Source: a virus (taxonomy: Duplodnaviria > Caudoviricetes). From it: 33,079 nt of DNA. The position numbers and the translations under genes were made by a program. How positions within the stretch are numbered: position 1 is the first letter of the stretch; each line of letters starts with the position of its first letter. Below the pieces are notes generated by a model, which was given only the letters and a program-made list of their open reading frames with translations, was not told where the DNA came from and did no database searches. Of this stretch, positions 28,747 through 33,079 are shown piece after piece. Where the stretch lies: positions 1 through 33,079 of IMG/VR virus record IMGVR_UViG_3300032227_000342; one strand, given 5' to 3'.

Positions 28747-29202
28747 CTATTTATTGTTCTTTCCGAACAGTTCTTTCTCCGTTATCAATTTAAATTCCCA
28801 ACCTTTTAAATCACAATAATCTCTGGCGGCTTTCCACTTTGCCTGATTAACACCATAGGTAACTACCTCAGTCAGAAACCTTCTGGTTCTTCTCTTAGGT
28901 GTTTTTGGTTCTAATGTCTGTGCATGAGGTTTAACCTCTAATAACATACATTTAATTGTACCATCTGGTGCTTTTGCCTCAACAAAAAAATCCACATAGT
29001 ATCTATGTGGTCTATTATCAATAGGAGAGATATATGGTATTATCACTTCTTCGGAGGCCCATGATATGACATTGAGGTTATTATCAAGGTTCTCCATAAC
29101 CTTCTTCTCCCATCCTGATCGATAGATTATATTTGTTGGGTCACCTCTGTATTTCTTAGGAAATTTAGGTGAAAACTTACCTTGTTTATATTCCGTAGCC
29201 AT
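28747..29202 (-). CDS. gp4: Head completion protein / nuclease, gp4-like (151 aa)
   Basis: YKQGKFSPKFPKKYRGDPTNIIYRSGWE, WASEE..IPY.SP.D...HRYYVDF, EVKP and NQAKWKAA. Start moved to ATG 29202 because a GAGGT RBS precedes it. Confidence 0.95.
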   Translation of the reverse strand: MATEYKQGKFSPKFPKKYRGDPTNIIYRSGWEKKVMENLDNNLNVISWASEEVIIPYISPIDNRPHRYYVDFFVEAKAPDGTIKCMLLEVKPHAQTLEPKTPKRRTRRFLTEVVTYGVNQAKWKAARDYCDLKGWEFKLITEKELFGKNNK

Positions 29203-29212
29203 ATTAAACCTC

Positions 29213-29220
29213 ACTAAATA
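29213..29220 (+). promoter_or_regulatory. Probable late promoter ACTAAATA for the plus-strand block
   Basis: Lies in the 43-bp divergent gap, followed by GGAGG (29236-29240) and ATG 29246. Confidence 0.6.
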
Positions 29221-29245
29221 ATATGTAGCGAGTTCGGAGGACTAA

Positions 29246-30085
29246 ATGGCTAAAAATATATGGGACACATTGTATAACACGGTTCAGGAAACGGTAACGT
29301 TACCTTTAACCGGTTCCATTACTGCTACTAATAAGTTATTATCCGGTACTTCATATAATTTCGATTATGATGTTTTTCCAGAGGATCTAAGTTCAAGTTA
29401 TTACGGCCACTGGATGAAGATTACTGCCAAAGTATCTAATGATGCAGCATCCGCTTCATATGGTCCATTTGATTCAGTTAATAGATCATATGGCAAAAAC
29501 ACCTCCGCATATTCAGTAGGACTATTCATTCCCGGTGCGGGTGAGAATGGTTCAGGTGTTATCTATGAAGATAAGCACGAATACACCGATATTAAACTGA
29601 CAAATGCCGCCGGCGCCGGTCTTGCTGCTATGGCAGGATTTAGTCTAGGTGGTGTCGCTTCGGCAGGCATGAGTGCTATCGGTAAGCCAATTAATCCAGG
29701 CGTTCAAGTTCTCTACAAGAATACATATCTTCGTGCCTTTCAATACGCATTTCTTATGGCACCGGCTTCCCTAAGAGAGTCACAATCTATGGAAAATATT
29801 ATCAAACAACTTAGAAGATTTGCGGCGCCAAATGTTGCAGCTGGTGGTGGAGGTTTGTTGTTTGATACACCAGCAGAATTTACCATCGAGTTCTTTAATA
29901 AGGGTCAACCTAATCCACATATTCCAAAAGTTAGTAGATGTGTTCTTACTAATATTACAACAGATTTTACACCGAGCGGTGAATGGTCCACTTTCAGAAA
30001 TGGATATCCAGTCACTTGCCGTCTATTACTATCATTCCAAGAAATGGAAATTATAACAAGAGACAAGATTGAGGGTGGTTTCTAA
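29246..30085 (+). CDS. gp48: Baseplate tail tube cap, gp48-like
   Basis: 279 aa; INP...LYK...LRAFQYAFLMAP...ES, P.EF.IEF, CVLTNITTDFTP and F.NG.P...LSFQEMEIITR. Confidence 0.88.
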   Translation: MAKNIWDTLYNTVQETVTLPLTGSITATNKLLSGTSYNFDYDVFPEDLSSSYYGHWMKITAKVSNDAASASYGPFDSVNRSYGKNTSAYSVGLFIPGAGENGSGVIYEDKHEYTDIKLTNAAGAGLAAMAGFSLGGVASAGMSAIGKPINPGVQVLYKNTYLRAFQYAFLMAPASLRESQSMENIIKQLRRFAAPNVAAGGGGLLFDTPAEFTIEFFNKGQPNPHIPKVSRCVLTNITTDFTPSGEWSTFRNGYPVTCRLLLSFQEMEIITRDKIEGGF

Positions 30086-30726
30086 TGGCTTCTTTTGTAC
30101 CTTCTAATCCACCAACAAACTTAAAAATGGTCGACATTACATCGGCCATGAACTCTCTTGGTGGCCCAGCAAAGCAATGTAGATTTGCTGTCAGGATTAC
30201 TCCTGTTGGAACAGATAATATTTTAACTCAACTAGGATATAAAGATTTTATTAAGGGTTTAACGTTGATGATTCAATCAACCGAATTACCTGGTCGTGGT
30301 TTTGATTATGCTGAGGTAAGATATTACGGGCCGTCTAAAGCATTTCCAAGACAGTCCAAATATGGTGAGAGTTTGGATATGTCCATTCTATGCCGGGCAC
30401 AGGGTTTTGAAAGACAGTTATTTGATGACTGGTTAGAGATTATCAACCCAACCAATATCTTTGATTTCAACTATGCCAAACAATACTACTGTCAGGTTGA
30501 TGTGTTTCAATTATCAGAGGTGACAATTAATAACGGTAGATATGATCAAACTGCCATGTATCAATGGTCTTTACATAATGCCTGGCCTTATCTTGTTAAC
30601 CCACAAAAGGTAACATGGGCCGACAATGATATATTGAGATTAGATGTGGCGTTCTCATATCAATATTGGACCAGACCTGGAAGAGATACCGCGCCTGGAG
30701 GAACACCTCTCGTTTTACAACCTTAA
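30085..30726 (+). CDS. gp54: Tail tube initiator, gp54-like (gp19 tube fold)
   Basis: 213 aa; RFAV.I, ELPGR, ERQLFDDW, V.V.QL and L.NAWP..V....W......L.V.FSY.YW. It follows gp48. A gp19 paralogue cannot be excluded. Confidence 0.72.
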   Translation: MASFVPSNPPTNLKMVDITSAMNSLGGPAKQCRFAVRITPVGTDNILTQLGYKDFIKGLTLMIQSTELPGRGFDYAEVRYYGPSKAFPRQSKYGESLDMSILCRAQGFERQLFDDWLEIINPTNIFDFNYAKQYYCQVDVFQLSEVTINNGRYDQTAMYQWSLHNAWPYLVNPQKVTWADNDILRLDVAFSYQYWTRPGRDTAPGGTPLVLQP

Positions 30727-30741
30727 TAATGGAGATTTATA

Positions 30742-31479
30742 ATGAGTTTGCCTATAATTGATGTGCCGATTTATGATTTGACTGTACCATCTTCTGGTCA
30801 GGTTATTAAAGTAAGGCCATTTAACGTTAAAGAAGAAAAACTTCTACTTATGGCCGTAGAAGGCGGAAAGATGGATGATGTTATTGGTACTGTTAAACAG
30901 GTCATCAATAATTGTATTCTACAGAATGATGCTAATATTAACATTGAAAAACTACCGTTCTTTGATATTGACTATATCTTTATTTTCCTTCGTGCCAAGT
31001 CAATTGGTGAGGTAGTAGAGGTAAACGTAACCTGTAACAATACACTAGAAGATGGTAATAGATGTGGTAATGTGTTCCAGAATAACCTTGATATTTCAAA
31101 ATGTGAGGTTATTAATCAAGATGAACAGGTTGATAAAAATATTAAACTAGATGGTTCTAGGGGTGTTATTATGAAATACCCTGCATACAGTATAATCAAG
31201 AACCTAGATTCAATGAATAATATTGATAAGAAAACACAGATCATTATTCATTCTATTGATAAGATTTTTGATGCCAAGGGTTATTATGATTCCAAAGATT
31301 ACTCTAAAGAAGAGTTAAAGGATTTTGTTGAAAAATTGACAGAGGCAAACTATAAGAAACTGGAAAACTTTATTGATAATTTTCCAACGTTTGCAGTTAG
31401 AATAGAAGCAAAATGTACCAAATGCGGTTTTGAACATAACGTGAGGTATACAGACTTCACCGATTTTTTTCTCTCTTGA
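30742..31479 (+). CDS. gp26: Baseplate hub assembly protein, gp26-like
   Basis: 245 aa; LP.IDVP.Y.L.VPS......RPF.VKEEK.LLMA, FDIDYIFIFLRAKSIGE, MKYP and a C-terminal CTKCG...DFF. GGAG RBS upstream. Confidence 0.92.
   Translation: MSLPIIDVPIYDLTVPSSGQVIKVRPFNVKEEKLLLMAVEGGKMDDVIGTVKQVINNCILQNDANINIEKLPFFDIDYIFIFLRAKSIGEVVEVNVTCNNTLEDGNRCGNVFQNNLDISKCEVINQDEQVDKNIKLDGSRGVIMKYPAYSIIKNLDSMNNIDKKTQIIIHSIDKIFDAKGYYDSKDYSKEELKDFVEKLTEANYKKLENFIDNFPTFAVRIEAKCTKCGFEHNVRYTDFTDFFLS
31464..31470 (+). promoter_or_regulatory. Candidate -1 ribosomal frameshift site T-TTT-TTT
   Basis: The gp26 frame reads GAT TTT TTT CTC TCT TGA. The -1 frame (TTT TTT TCT CTC TTG ATG GGT) is the frame of the gp51-like ORF. 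Confidence 0.55.
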
Positions 31480-31712
31480 TGGGTCATGCTAAGTTAGGTA
31501 GTTATTATAATACAAACTTTGGTTTAATGCAGCATCATAAGTGGAGTCTGACTGAAATGGAAAGTATGTTACCGTGGGAAAGATATGTGTATATTGATTT
31601 GTTACAGGCATTCTTACTAGAACAAGAGAAACAAATGAAGATGCGTGAACAGGAAGAAAAGGCACAACTTGCCTCAATCATGCGTAGACAGACACAACAG
31701 CAAAGAAGATAA
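31479..31712 (+). CDS. gp51: Baseplate hub assembly catalyst, gp51-like (possibly expressed as a frameshift extension of gp26)
   Basis: YYNTNFGLMQHHKWSLTEMESMLPWERYVYIDLL motif. The ATG overlaps the gp26 stop (TGATG) and there is no Shine-Dalgarno upstream. Confidence 0.85.
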   Translation: MGHAKLGSYYNTNFGLMQHHKWSLTEMESMLPWERYVYIDLLQAFLLEQEKQMKMREQEEKAQLASIMRRQTQQQRR

Positions 31713-31715
31713 TAA

Positions 31716-33079
31716 ATGATTAAGATAGAAAAAGTCAGCTACAAGGCACTTAAAAGTTTATCAATATCGGATAGAATTAAGGCAACATCTGATCCTGGTA
31801 TTGGTAATACTCTTATGTCGGCTCTTACACCATCACAAATTGCTGACCTATTTCCATCATATTATCGTCAAAGAATGCCCGATATTGAAGGGTTTATGAA
31901 GGCGGTACCATCTTCTGTTACCTCTGAAAAGCAGGCATATTACGAACAACAAATCCAAAATGCCGCCTCTGGTGGTAAAGAAGGAGCAACCCTTACACCA
32001 TTTAAACCAAGCGAAGGTGCTTGGAATAAGTTAAAAAGAAAAGTATCTGAGGCAACTGGTGTTGCTACAGGTAAAGGTAAGCCATTACCTAAGGCACAAT
32101 TAACATCAGCACAATTATCAGCAATTGAGGACCTGAAAAAAGGTAATATTGCTGTAGATGATCCTCGTGTTAAGTTTATGGCAGGCCTTACTAATGAACA
32201 GTTAAGGGTTACTGGTATTCAGAAAATTAAAGACCAGAGTGGTAAAGAAGTTTTTAATTATACTGCACCTACAATAAGCGAACAGCAAATCAAAGAAAGT
32301 TTATCCAGCACATCTAAACTAGGCAGTGCTTCGAAAAAGTATGAATCAGGAAATCGTGGTGTTAATATGGTTTCTTCTGGCGCTGGCGATCCAGGTGGTG
32401 TTTCTTATGGTTCCCATCAGCTATCAAGTAAAGCAGGAACCATGGCAGCATTTCTTAATTCACCTGAAGGTGCTGCTTATGCAGGTAGATTTTCAGGTCT
32501 AAGACCTGGAACCGAAGAATTTAAAACCGTCTATAAACAAATTGCAGCATCAGATCCTGATGGATTCGAAAAGGCACAACATGCTTATATCACCAGAACT
32601 CATTATGAACCTGCTAGGCAGAAAGCAGAACGACTAGGTTTTGATGTTAATAATAGAAAAGTCCAAGAGGCATTATTCAGTATAGGTGTTCAACATGGTC
32701 GTGCAGGAGATGTTATTCAGATGGCCGCTGGCGGTGCCAAAGGCTCTCCTGAAGATCAGGTTCGTGCCTTATTCGACGCTAGAAGAAGATATGTTTTAGG
32801 TCCTTCTGTTAATCAACCCGGTCTATTAAGCAGATATGCTTCCGAAGAAAGAGATATTTTAGGTTATTCGGCACCAGCGGCTATTGGAAGAGATTTCACA
32901 CCCGAGCAAATAGCGGCTGAAAGATATAGATTAACTCAACAAGCAGAAGTATCTAGAGTAGGTTCACTTGCTGAGTTTACTTCACCACAACTAGGCCAAA
33001 GTCCAGACATCAGACATGCTACAGATTCCGGTTCAACCGACATTAACTCTCTAATGGCAAGGGCACAAGAAATCGGTCA
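31716..33079 (+). CDS. Tape-measure/hub-type virion protein with VgrG3-like peptidoglycan hydrolase domain, 3'-truncated by the window edge
   Basis: Not in the ORF track; I translated it by hand from ATG 31716 (MIKIEKVSYKALKSLS...). It contains LGSASKKYESGNRG...GDPGGVSYGSHQLSSKAGTM...AQHAYITRTHYEP...QEALFSIGVQHG...RYASE at about 32319-32861. The tape-measure role is inferred from position only. Confidence 0.75.
   Translation, partial: MIKIEKVSYKALKSLSISDRIKATSDPGIGNTLMSALTPSQIADLFPSYYRQRMPDIEGFMKAVPSSVTSEKQAYYEQQIQNAASGGKEGATLTPFKPSEGAWNKLKRKVSEATGVATGKGKPLPKAQLTSAQLSAIEDLKKGNIAVDDPRVKFMAGLTNEQLRVTGIQKIKDQSGKEVFNYTAPTISEQQIKESLSSTSKLGSASKKYESGNRGVNMVSSGAGDPGGVSYGSHQLSSKAGTMAAFLNSPEGAAYAGRFSGLRPGTEEFKTVYKQIAASDPDGFEKAQHAYITRTHYEPARQKAERLGFDVNNRKVQEALFSIGVQHGRAGDVIQMAAGGAKGSPEDQVRALFDARRRYVLGPSVNQPGLLSRYASEERDILGYSAPAAIGRDFTPEQIAAERYRLTQQAEVSRVGSLAEFTSPQLGQSPDIRHATDSGSTDINSLMARAQEIG

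Noticed and set aside
28227-28755. TAAATA motifs just upstream of gp53 (28227-28232) and gp2 (28748-28755) as late promoters
   Set aside because: They lie under 10 nt from the ATG, overlap the end of the upstream gene in AT-rich DNA, and would leave almost no leader. They are possible but not supportable.
28747-29202. TnsA-like transposase or mobile endonuclease
   Set aside because: The PD-(D/E)xK-type motifs belong to the T4 gp4 head completion family, in its usual context next to gp2, and I saw no terminal repeats.
7177-31677. Remaining small nested or antisense ORFs in the track (e.g. 7565-8179, 8644-9066, 11781-12251, 14367-14774, 29820-30056, 31489-31677)
   Set aside because: Each overlaps a well-supported structural gene and has no recognisable motif.
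1-33079. Stop-codon reassignment explaining the split genes
   Set aside because: Genes are long and tightly packed in the standard code. Both splits end in TAA, and in each case the downstream ORF is in a different frame with its own start.
1-33079. tRNA, rRNA, introns, inteins and intrinsic terminators
   Set aside because: Intergenic gaps are all under 60 bp, and I saw no cloverleaf, intein motif, or convincing GC hairpin with a U-tract.

Overview
This AT-rich window is the tail and baseplate morphogenesis region of a large T4-like myophage. Its cyanophage- or alphaproteobacterial-phage-style layout includes a VrlC/DUF4815-type virion protein. A long minus-strand block reads gp4, gp2, gp53, gp27-like hub, gp5 (two genes), gp25, gp6, gp7, gp8, VrlC-like (two genes), then small adaptors and three Ala/Asn-rich repeat fibre genes; the last fibre runs off the left edge and is missing from the ORF track. 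A divergent plus-strand block reads gp48, gp54, gp26, gp51-like, then a tape-measure/hub-type gene with a VgrG3-like muramidase domain that runs off the right edge and is also missing from the track. Main observations: (1) a T-TTT-TTT slippery site would fuse gp26 to the gp51-like ORF by -1 frameshifting directly upstream of the tape-measure-like gene; (2) the VrlC-like gene is split, and its first half ends in a poly-Pro linker plus two DUF4214/S-layer-anchor-like repeats; (3) gp5 is split at the gene level, has no recognisable lysozyme, and no PAAR gene follows it; (4) perfect TATAAATA late promoters lie inside the small genes upstream of each fibre gene. All family assignments come from recognising motifs by eye; no database searches were run.
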